Source: an uncultured Gammaproteobacteria bacterium (GTDB lineage: Bacteria; Patescibacteriota; Patescibacteriia; Magasanikbacterales; UBA922). From it: a stretch of 64,000 nt of DNA. The stretch spans positions 5,624-69,623 of the forward strand of contig CAZQXB010000002.1 of NCBI GenBank assembly GCA_964597575.1. Direction: 5' to 3'. Position numbers and translations under genes: made by a program. Numbering within the stretch: position 1 is the stretch's first letter; every line of letters starts with the position of its first letter. Shown one piece after another: positions 1-10,800 of this stretch. The notes below the pieces were generated by a model. The model searched no databases. It was not told where the DNA came from and was given only the letters and a program-made list of their open reading frames with translations.

Positions 1-1003
1 TCCCCTATTTTTTCATCACCATACTCCATGGCAAGAGTGCTCAGCATCGCAAGCACTGCATCGACATCTTCATACTCCCCTTTTTCATCTTTAGAAAACC
101 GCTCATCAATCAGTTCTTGAATATGAACGTAAGAGATATGCTCTGTAATTTCTGGCATCTTTGGGGTGGGTGGGATTGGTAGTACAGGAGACTGGACCTC
201 TTTTTCTTCTCTTCGAGAAGATCGATTTTTTGATTCCCCACTCACCTCTGGCATACTATTTCCTTCCGACTTTTTTTCTGGAGTTTTGAGCGGAGGGCTG
301 TTTTGAAGTGCTTCATCAGAAAAATTCAATGCTGCTTCTTGGCGTTTGTACATAACATCTACCAAGATATTGGTAATCGCCTCGTTCTTTCTGAGAAAGT
401 CGACAAAAGAAAGAAAAGATCGAGTAATCGCCACCTTATCAACCTCTTCGGTCACTGCATGCAAGGGAGCGTTGGCAAAAAGTTCTTGCTCAATACGCGC
501 GAGCGTGGCTGAATCATCGAGCCCGACATCTTTCCGAACAACAGCACTTCTTTGCTTTATCAAATCTCGAAGCGGTAAACTTCCAGATTTTCCTGGGTTA
601 ATTGGTACGGGGCTTTCTAAAATCTCTTGGCGCATGGAGCGATAGGCCACTTCTATTTCTTTCTCCCCTACATACCTCCGATAGAGAAAAAAGAATACTT
701 GATCTTCGACAGGAAGATTCAACCGAAAGGCGGTCGGTACCTGCCACTTTAAATGGGCAAAAACCTCATTTTCTGGAAGGCGGAGAAAAATATCCCACGT
801 GAGACGAACAAATAATTCCCAGTGATGAGGATACCCACTAATACGGGCGTAGTTCCCCTGATTATCGGCAAAGAAATCTCGCCACAAACGATACAGTTCA
901 TCCACCTGACTCCGTTCAGAAAACACTACATCAAAAGCCGCGTGAAGCGCTTCAGGCTCTGTTTTGATGTTCGGAATGAATGATTGAAGAGCGTCGGGCA
1001 TAT
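1..1003 (-). CDS. hypothetical protein, 5' portion (gene runs off the window start)
   Basis: Minus-strand ATG at 1001-1003 (MPDALQSFIPNIK...) with an AAGGAG 8 nt upstream, lying inside the 3' end of the preceding gene. The frame appears open to the window edge. The ORF track shows no complete minus-strand ORF here, consistent with an edge-truncated gene. No recognisable domain. Confidence 0.45.
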
Positions 1004-1009
1004 AACGTA

Positions 1010-4000
1010 TTAACTCCTTTCTACATTATCCAAAATCTCTTCTATTTTATCTCGGGTTAGCGTAGCATCTCCAGCGGCTGATTTTATGAAAGTATCAAGA
1101 GCTTTTTGACGATAATCAACCTCTGTCTTAGACATACCACCCGAAACTGCTTCAGAAACTCTCACTTCAAGGTCTGCAACAATCTTCTTGAAAATTTCTT
1201 TAATGTCAGAATTTGCAAAATCAAAACCTGTACCATTGAAGCCCCCCTTCATTTCTGTACCACCACTTAGGACATTCATGATGGATTTCTTGATTCCACT
1301 AATGGTTGAGGCATCTGCATTTCCTAAACTTTCGATCAACCTCTGCATATCGCCATCAACGACACTCTCGGCTCGTCCATCTACATTCAGTGTAAACACG
1401 GTTGGCGCACGTTCAATACCAGAAATTCTCTGGTCGCGACGAGCATACTCTACAGATCTATCTTGAATAACAGTACCCATTTTATCAGGGTTGTTTACTG
1501 CATCCGTAATATACTTCACATTCTGCGCATTCGTTCCAATTCCCATTGCTCGCGTAAACCCGTATGCTTCCCTCAAGTCATTTTCGGTATCGAGCCCACG
1601 ACGAACCTGCCCCTTATATTGATACGATTTCGAAAGCTCCGCATTCCGATCCATTGAAGTGGCCAAATTACGAAATGACCCCTGCGCTTTTCCACCTAAA
1701 CTTCTCACCAAATCTTTTTGAGCACCATCGAGTTTCTGCATCTTTTCATCGTCAGAAACCCCTGGGTCAATTCTTTTTTCAAGAGCGCCCTGAAGCCCTA
1801 AAATGATCTGTGGAATGTCTTCGGCACTTTCTGTAATATCTTTGAACCCGATGGCTTTTTCTTCACGTAAAATATTCATGAGGTTGGTTCCCTCTCCGTT
1901 TTCAAGTGAGCTATGAATGAGAGAATCCATATTCCCCCGTGCAGCAGCTAATGCTTTTTGATCTCCCGCTGCTTTTGCCTTATCAATTTCCCTAATATTT
2001 TTTCGAATCGCATCACTTCGTTCTTGAAAATTGAACTTCGCATAGTCAGCCATGGCTTTCCGATGTGCTTCATCTTGACTGAGCATAACCTCTTTAGGAT
2101 CCTGCCCTTGGATGACTCTATCCATATCACGCATCGCTGCTAACTGCCCGACTGTCTTTCCTTCGTAGCCACCCTGCGTTCTCTTCAAAAGCGCATCTTG
2201 ATAAACACTAGCAAGCATTGGCATGCTATTGCCATTTTTTTCTAAGTACTCACCAACAAACTTCGCCCGTTGTTCATCGGTATACTTTGTCTGCCCCGGA
2301 GCAAATGTATTTCGATCCCTTTTCTCCCCTTCTGCAATTTTTTTCTCCAAAGCAGCTTTCTCACGCTCCATCTGTTGATCTCTCAAGCTATATTCCTCTT
2401 TCTTTTGTTCTGCATTTCCTCGTGCTTTTTCCGTTTCCAAAGCAACTGTCGCTCTTGATAAAGCAGAACCAGCTCCTGAGGTTCGTGACCCTCTGGCAAT
2501 ATTGGTATCTCGAACAGCTTTCGTGGTTGCCTGGTACTCAGATAAACGACCTTCAAGCTCTCCATCTTTTGCACCCAGAGTTTTATAGTACCCCTGCTTA
2601 ACCTTTTCAATTCCAACCTGTCCATAGTATTTTCCGTATTTATATGGCAGGTATCCAGTTCCAGCAATTGCACCAGCCTTAAGCGCACCCTTCGTCACTT
2701 TCTTACCGGCACTAATAATGCTTCCCGCAATATCACTTCCACGTAAGCCAATTTTTTGCACACGCTCAATACCGAGAAGAAGAAAACCGACGGCAATGAA
2801 AAACCCGGATAAATTTTCCCAGCGCGCAATAGCGTTAATACTAACTGACGGACTTTCATTCCCTTGTTCAAAAACAAGATCTGAAACTCCTTGCAGTTCT
2901 TCTGCGTTACCCACGGGCCCACCGAGCGAAGCCGAGATATCACCATTTCCAAGTGTTGCAAATGAAAGCCACAAAAAGAAAGCCATCATGGGGCCGACAA
3001 TAATATATTTAGTGAACTCTCCCCAAAATTCTTTGGCATAACTATTGGTTTGGGGCAAAGCAGACAAGACAAAAGCAAGAGGTGACAAAATAATGAGCAT
3101 CCACAGTATAAGAACACGCACCAGCATGAGAAACGCATAGGCACCAATAGTAAAGAGCGATATAATCGAAAAAATAAGCGCTGCCGCTGCACCTGCTAAA
3201 AGATCTAAGTGGATACTCTCGTTTCCTGCAGCGCTACTATTTGTAGAAATCTGCAAAATTTTATCGAGCTGGAGCATATTAATCAGATTTCCTCCGGCTG
3301 CACCCTCTACGGCATTTAAAAATGTCAGAGTTATGACATGCGAAACATCAATAAAAAGCCCTAAAATAAGCCTACTAAAATTAATGAGAATGGCCGCCAT
3401 GATGAGCTGCACCAGCGATTTTTTCCAAGCATAATTTTCAAAACCGAGCATGGTGGAAAAGGCAATAACAAGAAGCGCCACAATAAAAAACATGTTCGCC
3501 AAATCGCGCACCATAAACCACCCCACCACAACAGGAGGGGCATCGATAAATGCGTTATACGCAGCTAATTTAAGAAAATAATCGAGACAAAAAACCGTTA
3601 AACTGAGAAATAGCCGAGAGATGCCAAGAAAAACATAGGAAACCGCGGTTATAATGGCGTTCGCAACACCTTCCGGAGTAAGACTTGGCGCCGAAGCCAC
3701 AGCCTCCTTAGCAACTTCAATGCCTTTGGGCAAGAGATACGGAGCTGCGAGAGCAGCCCCTTCTACAAACTGCGCATGGACCAAAGAAAATGATACAAGA
3801 GAAGCAGCGCCGATAAGGATTAAAAAAACCCAGACTTTGGTATGTCCGATCAACAGAAACTCCTTCCATTTCTGCCAAGCGCGACCGAGGGTTATTGAGA
3901 GGTAGGCACGCATGGAAATATATACAAGGAAAATCACTCTTAACCCCTTCAGTATAGCACAATCGGGCACCCGTGCCCATGGGGATAACGGGGTATTCAT

Positions 4001-4102
4001 GTTATCCACAGTTTGGGTCAAATACTTGACAAAATGCCAAAAATAGTGTCTACTATAGGATAGTTCTCGTAGTTCTTGACAACGTGTGAGGAAGAAATCC
4101 AC
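1010..4102 (-). CDS. large polytopic membrane protein (~8-9 TM in N-terminal 470 aa) with ~550-aa charged coiled-coil C-terminal domain; hypothetical, VirB6/TrbL-like topology possible
   Basis: 1030-aa ORF. N-terminal half has many long hydrophobic segments; C-terminal half is K/E/R/Q-rich with low-complexity coiled-coil character. Start uncertain (alternatives at 4000 or 3913). Stop is 7 nt before the next minus-strand start, so operon-like. Confidence 0.6.
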   Translation of the reverse strand: MDFFLTRCQELRELSYSRHYFWHFVKYLTQTVDNMNTPLSPWARVPDCAILKGLRVIFLVYISMRAYLSITLGRAWQKWKEFLLIGHTKVWVFLILIGAASLVSFSLVHAQFVEGAALAAPYLLPKGIEVAKEAVASAPSLTPEGVANAIITAVSYVFLGISRLFLSLTVFCLDYFLKLAAYNAFIDAPPVVVGWFMVRDLANMFFIVALLVIAFSTMLGFENYAWKKSLVQLIMAAILINFSRLILGLFIDVSHVITLTFLNAVEGAAGGNLINMLQLDKILQISTNSSAAGNESIHLDLLAGAAAALIFSIISLFTIGAYAFLMLVRVLILWMLIILSPLAFVLSALPQTNSYAKEFWGEFTKYIIVGPMMAFFLWLSFATLGNGDISASLGGPVGNAEELQGVSDLVFEQGNESPSVSINAIARWENLSGFFIAVGFLLLGIERVQKIGLRGSDIAGSIISAGKKVTKGALKAGAIAGTGYLPYKYGKYYGQVGIEKVKQGYYKTLGAKDGELEGRLSEYQATTKAVRDTNIARGSRTSGAGSALSRATVALETEKARGNAEQKKEEYSLRDQQMEREKAALEKKIAEGEKRDRNTFAPGQTKYTDEQRAKFVGEYLEKNGNSMPMLASVYQDALLKRTQGGYEGKTVGQLAAMRDMDRVIQGQDPKEVMLSQDEAHRKAMADYAKFNFQERSDAIRKNIREIDKAKAAGDQKALAAARGNMDSLIHSSLENGEGTNLMNILREEKAIGFKDITESAEDIPQIILGLQGALEKRIDPGVSDDEKMQKLDGAQKDLVRSLGGKAQGSFRNLATSMDRNAELSKSYQYKGQVRRGLDTENDLREAYGFTRAMGIGTNAQNVKYITDAVNNPDKMGTVIQDRSVEYARRDQRISGIERAPTVFTLNVDGRAESVVDGDMQRLIESLGNADASTISGIKKSIMNVLSGGTEMKGGFNGTGFDFANSDIKEIFKKIVADLEVRVSEAVSGGMSKTEVDYRQKALDTFIKSAAGDATLTRDKIEEILDNVERS
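4083..4096. repeat. left arm of perfect 14-bp inverted repeat (CGTGTGAGGAAGAA) flanking GC-rich cassette
   Basis: Exact reverse complement of 4706-4719. The arms bracket the only GC-rich segment in this region. Confidence 0.75.
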
Positions 4103-4143
4103 CCCTTACCCCGCCACAGTGCGGGCTGCAGAGGAGAATCACC

Positions 4144-4656
4144 ATGAATACCCATTTCTTTGCCGCCCTTCTGGCGGCTTGCGTCTCTTTCGCCACCGCC
4201 TGCGGTGGTGACGATCCGACGGATCCGGTCAACAACCCCGACAGCGGGGTCGTGAACCCCACCGTCGACAGTGGCTACCCCCCGCCCTCCTGTGAGGGCG
4301 TGTTCTGCCCCGAGCGGCAGATGTGTCAAATCGGCGTGTGCCAGCCGATCCCATCGAGCGACTGCTCGATGTACAACTGGCTCACGGAGCAGGTGTTCAC
4401 CTGCACCCGAGACAAGACCGCGGTCTTCGTGGTTGAAAACAACATGGAGCCGTCGACGTGCGTTCTCCGACCTCCGACAGAGGAGGAGGATCCGTTGTAC
4501 GACGGACTCGACGCCGAGTTCGGCTTGAACCCCGGGGCATCCCATGGAGTAGCGCGGAACGCGCACGCAACCGTGATCGACATGAACGCGGTCGACAAGA
4601 CGTTTTCCGTGACGCACACTCCGTCCGGAAGCCGGTGGGAGTGCAGAATCCCATGA
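4144..4656 (+). CDS. GC-rich (approx 62% GC) Cys-rich putative lipoprotein, foreign-looking
   Basis: GAGGAG RBS 6 nt before the ATG. Lipoprotein-type signal peptide MNTHFFAALLAACVSFATAC with Cys at the cleavage site. CxxxxCxxxxxCxxGxC EGF-like cysteine pattern. Strong GC3 bias unlike neighbours. The antisense ORF 4018-4722 is a GC artefact. Confidence 0.6.
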   Translation: MNTHFFAALLAACVSFATACGGDDPTDPVNNPDSGVVNPTVDSGYPPPSCEGVFCPERQMCQIGVCQPIPSSDCSMYNWLTEQVFTCTRDKTAVFVVENNMEPSTCVLRPPTEEEDPLYDGLDAEFGLNPGASHGVARNAHATVIDMNAVDKTFSVTHTPSGSRWECRIP

Positions 4657-4705
4657 CGAAGTTCTCGATGAGCTTGTGTCTACAAGTTCTGGATGCTTGC
4701 GAACG

Positions 4706-4719
4706 TTCTTCCTCACACG
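4706..4719. repeat. right arm of perfect 14-bp inverted repeat (TTCTTCCTCACACG)
   Basis: Reverse complement of 4083-4096, 50 nt past the cassette stop codon. Confidence 0.75.
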
Positions 4720-4754
4720 CATCCATAGAGCATCAAAAAAATTTGATCTTCTAC

Positions 4755-4795
4755 AAATAAAACAATCTGGCTACATAGCCAGATTGTTTTATTTT
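4755..4795. terminator. bidirectional rho-independent terminator
   Basis: 10-bp stem CAATCTGGCT/AGCCAGATTG with a 4-nt loop, flanked by A-run and T-run. Serves the 3' end of the giant minus-strand gene and the plus-strand cassette gene. Confidence 0.7.
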
Positions 4796-4818
4796 ACTCG
4801 AATGATCTTGTAAACTTA

Positions 4819-7800
4819 TTACTCTTGCGATGGACGAAGTGGAATTACAATGATTTCACCCTGATATCGAGTCCAAACATTCCGCGGATTATTATCGCTT
4901 AAATCATCGCAGATGTCATCGACTATACTTTGAGTATCACTCCCATCATGAAAACCCTGCACTGATTGCACCCCGTTTTCAACCCCGTTACACCACCCCC
5001 AATTATCTTTCACCTGAACTCGGGGACGGAAGACGCATACTCGTTCATTTTCACCGAGTCCATATTCCGCACTTAAACGAACACGGGCATCTGGGTTCTG
5101 AATATCTCCCACCCGAACCGTAAATGCAGCCGGGCTGTTCGGATTCACATCTTCAACCGTACAGGTATAGTCTTTCACAAAGTTAAATGGTCGGGCTAAA
5201 CACGCACGAGGAGAGTTTCCAAATCGAGCAAATTGGTATGAATCAGAACGATCTTGATCGGTATTTGCTGCTGGCCCATAACACCGATAATTTGTTTGAG
5301 CGTTTCTTGGGTCAGTTGTCGGGCAATCCGCATGTGTACGACACGTGAACAAACTGAGGTCAGTGGCAGTAGTTCCACAAAGACCGATGGTTACAATTGC
5401 GTTGTCCGCAGAAGAACAGTAGGGCTTACGATTCTTATATAAACCCGTCTGATTCTCATTCACAATAGGGCTGTTATCACCCCAATTTACCCGTACCTGA
5501 CGAATCGGCATCTTATTGTCGTCGGCTGCCGCAAAAAATTTCATATTTACCTGGAGGTTACCAATACCGATAAGACCCCGAGGATCTGGTGCACCACTTC
5601 GATCAAGGTCTTCATCCGAAGAACCATCTTGACTCCGATCGTAGTTCCGCATCGTGCTATTTTGGCCATTAATTGTCATGTTGTTTGGCTCACCGAGGCC
5701 ACATTTTGACCGTGATTGTTCGCCCACAGTACCACCACCTGGGCAGTTTGCCGGGTTAAGCGAATAGATTTGCGGCGCAACCAAGGTGCCAATTTCTGGC
5801 ACTGGATTACTCACACCACTTCGGTCAACGGCTTGTACTAATGGATCGATGGTCGTACGACTGGTCTGTACATTTGGACGTACACTTGCGTTTTCTAAAC
5901 TAAAGGTATCGAAGGTGAGGGCAAATAAGCGACTGAGTGCGTTTTCACCTGCAGTTTGGTTTTGACCAAGAACGGCCACCTGTGCCGGAATAAGCGGACT
6001 CACGAGAGCTCTTGATTCAAGTGTTGAACAAGGGTGAGCCGTATTTCCTGTTAGATAGAGCGACCCAAACCAGCTTGCCCCGCTACATGCATATGGAACA
6101 CCATCAACTAAATCTTCCCCATGCATACCCGACTGAAATCCGTATCGACGGAGTATCTCAGCCTGTTCGTCTGAAGTGCCAAAATTCGTAATTCGGAGAG
6201 AGCCAAATGGAGAATTCCGCATACCATCTTTCGTAAAGACGCTCCCGAAAGAAGGATGGGTCATCGAACGAATCGCATTACTTACACTACTTACCGCGTT
6301 CGTGGCATACTGCCATACCCGGTTAGTCCATGCTTTATTTAATTGTTCTGTAAGCGGTGCGGAACTGTCGTGCACTTGCGCAACAGCAGTACACTGGTCT
6401 GCCATTTGAGCGATCGTTGCAAAATAGATACCGTCGCTTACATCTGTTGCCTGAAGAACAGATTCATTACACCATCTGCTTACAAAACCTAAGAATTCAC
6501 CATCTTCATTAAAGTCCATCCCAATAGCCACCCAATTTTCCGTGTCTCCATCTCCATCGGCATTCGAATCGGTTTTACACAGAACACTATCGCTAAATGG
6601 ATCACTAATTGGTGCTTGATTTCGGCCAGCGAATGATGACACAGAGGTGTCGAGTTCTTGATTCAACACAAAGGAAGGAAAACGCGATCCTCCACCACTC
6701 GTATTTCCCTGACCCCGGTCAACAAAGAAAATTGAAACATATCGTTCTTGAATACGGTTTCTGCGGCACCATTCTTCAAACTGAGGCCGGACACTGGTCG
6801 TTCCACATTCTTGATTATATTGGTTAAAAAGCCAACCTGAGCCCCCCGTGAGATCCGTATAATCGAGAGAATCAAATTCTGCCCCCTCGGCTTCAGGGCG
6901 CACATACCGAACATTTACCACTACCCCATTATTTCCCCCACCCGCAGGCTCTGCATAGTAATCTCCCTGACTTCCAGCCCCACCAAAAGAGGTTTGGCGG
7001 CCAGACGTAATAATAGGATCATTATGGGCTCTACTTCGAAGAGCAGCCACATCGAGGAAAAACCCATCGTTTAAAATCTGTGGAGCATACCCTTCAAGAC
7101 CTCCCGGAAACGCAAGAGGGACGAAGGTTACTCGAGACAAATCCGATGAGCGCATAAACGCAGTTTCAGCACGTTGCATCACCCGAAAATGACCACTCTG
7201 GATACTCCGCTCAAGTTGGGAATTTGACTGATTAAACGTATCAAGCCGATCTGGAGTCATCCCCAAGTTGTACTGACCATCTGGCGTATTTGGATTTGGA
7301 GCTGGATCAGGCACACCAAGATATGAAGTATTTACCGAAAAGTTATTCATTCGGTCACGATACATGAACACATTGGTCGTGTCTCCAGGTGGCGTTACCC
7401 CAAATTGTCGAGGAGGGTGAAGAAGGGTGCCGAAAGCCGCCACCTCTGCATCAGTTTGGTTTGAAAGAACCAAATCATCATGAACATTGTTCGCAAAAAC
7501 ACTAGGAGTGTACACCTGCAGGTCACTTGCCCGAACGGTATCGTATGTGTTTGGGTCATTACTTCCATTAAGGGAGCTCATTTCTGTGCGAAGGAGCAGA
7601 GCACTTGGACCGAAACGGCGCCATGCCCACGATTGAATGGCCGAGTAAATGTACCCCTGGTCAACCGAGTTACACATGATTCGTTCAAATTCCGTATCTG
7701 TGCTACAGTCTCCTCCGTTCGTTGGGTCCTGGCCTGCAGGAAACACCTGATCGTACACAGTGTTGCCATCCGCTACAGTACGAATGGCATTATCCGTGCC

Positions 7801-10800
7801 ACCACCAACCGGAGGCGAAATATCTGGCGCCTGAAGCCCAACACCAAGACGTGTCGAGTTAACACAGTAGGCCTGTCCTGCAATTTGTGGAGTATTTCTC
7901 AAAAGTAAGGCATCGATATCGGGTTTATACCCCGCTTCGTCATCGGCATTAAAAATATCAAATGTTGAGGCTGACACGCCAATAGGAAGCCAGGTGAGGC
8001 AGGCGTATTCCGTTGGAGAATTTATGCCGTTTACTGGACGACTTAGATCTCGCTCTAAACAGAATCCTTCAAACCCATAATAGGTATCTCTCTTTTGAAT
8101 CGGTATACATTCGTGTGGTGTTTGATTGGTTTGTGGTTGGTTTGGCGTGGCAACATTACACTGCTCAATAGCTGAACATGGGCGGCCTTGGTTTGGCCCC
8201 GTAGCACATACACGCGTTGGGATTGGTGCAGCCGCATTCGCACTTTCATATAAGTAAGGCCAATAATCCACGACTCCGTTTCGGTAGGTTACTTTCACAT
8301 ACTTACACGAACAATCTTCTCCGGTTTGGCACACATTTGCTCCTGCAAATTCATTCAACTTTGAAATAAATTCAACACGGGGAGCAGAAATTCCCAGCGC
8401 TCCAAGTATATTTCTCGCGGTTGTTTCTTGTTTCAGCACTGATTGTGGATACGGTGAAGTGGCCTCAGGGTACGCTTTACACGATGCCGCTTCAAGCACA
8501 GAAACAAGGGATTCAATTTCACGAGGACTGATATTTCCTGAAGGAATTGTACGGTCTGAAGGAAATGTACCCTTTACCGGGCGAATACACTGCCCTGAAT
8601 AACACCGGCCGAGACCACCTGACCCACACACGCGCCAATCAGTGCGCTCATTCCCCACTGGGGCACACGCGCTGTTTGCACTCCGCTGTAAATACACCGC
8701 ATACGCACGCTCTTCAAGGCGCTCAAGGCGACGAAGATCCGCAGCCGCGTCTGGGCTCTGTGGGTTGATAGCTACTTTATCTGCACTCAGATCCAAAACG
8801 ATATATGATTGATTTCCGATTTGATACTGGTTAAACAGTGAGTACCCGCTGTATTCTGGATCATTCCAACCAAGCCCTCGTTGAATATAGAGATCTTCCG
8901 TAAGTTGACGTGATGCTTCAGGGGCAAGTTCCCCTACCCAGTGCGTACAGACACCACCTGCACCCATCTGATCACACGCCTTATAGTCGTAGCAGAGCTC
9001 ACTTTGTCTTCCTTGCTCATCTTCTTGAATCACCTTTCCTTTACATGCAAGCCACTCAGCACAAACACGGTCTCGATCAACCTTAAGCACGATATTTGCA
9101 TCGTTATCAGTAACACTCCCAGCGGAACGAGGAGAAACCGGGGAAAACTCTGGGCTCGCCAAAGCACTCGCGCGGTATGTAGCATCGGTACTATACGTTT
9201 TTCTTGGGTTATCGGTTTGATCAAAGAGAATACAACCGTCAACCTGGCTTGCCCCCGTAGCACAAGCTTGGGCACGGGCGCGAATTTTATCATTGTTCTT
9301 TACATAATACGGCCGACCATTTGGGTAAGCCCCTGATACATCAACCGGGTCAATAAATTCTGTACACAAATGAGCTTCGGCCGCACACACCGCTACACGG
9401 CCCGTATATTCTGGAGAATCATTGGAGCGTACGTCGTATACCACACCGGACGAAGTTCGACGCAAGAATGTTGCGTCACAGGCTACAGCTGACGCGACAC
9501 AGGTATTACCGGCTCCACAATCACTATTATTATTTGTTCGGCAAACCATGGTAGCATCTTGGCTGCACCGACCCATACCTCTCAGAAACCAACCGTTCAC
9601 TCGCGTTTGCCCTACCGATTGGCCTTCAAGGTACTCACACACCCCAGCACCAGTAAATTCAGGGTCACGGAAATAACTCACCGTATTGTCGGAGCGAAAT
9701 TCTGCACAACCAATTTGCTCGGCTTGACAAAGGATTCCGGCGCTTTCCCCAGGGGCCGTAACGTAGTTCGCAGGGTTATTCAAAAGGTACACCTCATTAA
9801 AGGTAAAGGCTGCTGCATCTGCCCGAGGCAATACTTGCGTTTCCATAGCAACTTTCTGGCAGCCAAGTTCAGTTGAGCGGCAAGTAACATCTTTTCTATT
9901 GGTAAGAAAGAGCGGCGCCGCCACTGCCGTATCAGCAGGAATAACTACTGATGTGTTCACTACTCGAAGTGGACCAACAGGAAACACAGTGCCGGTTGGA
10001 ATAATGATCGCTTCATTGATATAACAACCTTCTTGGCCACGTGGAACCGTACATTCATAATCCACATTCGCCACACGAGCAGTACAATTCGCACTTCCAG
10101 GAGCACTGCACCAAACATTGAACGCCTGAGCAAAGGTGGAAGCTGGGGCGGCACCTAACGTATTCTGTGTATCCCATACTGGCTCACATCCAACCGCGGC
10201 TTCACGACAAATCGTTTCAAAACCAGTTGCATAGACCACACGATTCTTGCTGTCCGTATATGCACGGCATCCGAGAGCTTCACCTGGGAATATATCCGTT
10301 GGGGTGCTATCGCACTGGGTTGGAACATCCCCGCCACCGGCTACTCTCCATGAATTTCGGATCAGCGGTGTACGGTCTCGAAGTTCAATTAAACGAACAT
10401 AGTCAAGGAAATAATCCCGTGCGTTTCCTGACCGAACGAACTCAATGGCGAGAGGCTCCGCAGGATCAACACCATCAAGCGAGACTGGCCCAAACGTGAA
10501 CTCCTGCCATCCACCAGTAATACCTGCAAGGGCGGTCGGTTCGGTAAATGCACCAAATTCGACACCATTCGCATTCACTCGACTTCCGTTTTGAGTAAAG
10601 TAAATTTCGAGATTTTGTAACCCGTCAGCTCGGCCCCAGAAGGTAAGAGTGAACGTTTTTCCGACTTGCACTTGAGCCTGAGGAACCGTGCGGGCAACCC
10701 GTGCTGCGGCCGCTGGAATTCCCAAAGAATGTTCACCTACAATAACCGCTTCCCCAGCCAGACGAAGTGCTGCGTTATTTTGAACCGGAGCCCAACCAAG

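Noticed and set aside
303-802. Three short plus-strand ORFs at the window start
   Set aside because: They lie antisense to a continuous minus-strand coding frame that begins at 1003 with a good RBS.
4018-4722. 234-aa minus-strand ORF and other long ORFs overlapping the GC-rich cassette in multiple frames
   Set aside because: GC-rich DNA yields long stop-free antisense frames. The product is Arg/Gly-rich with no start signals. The plus-strand ORF has an RBS and a lipoprotein signal peptide.
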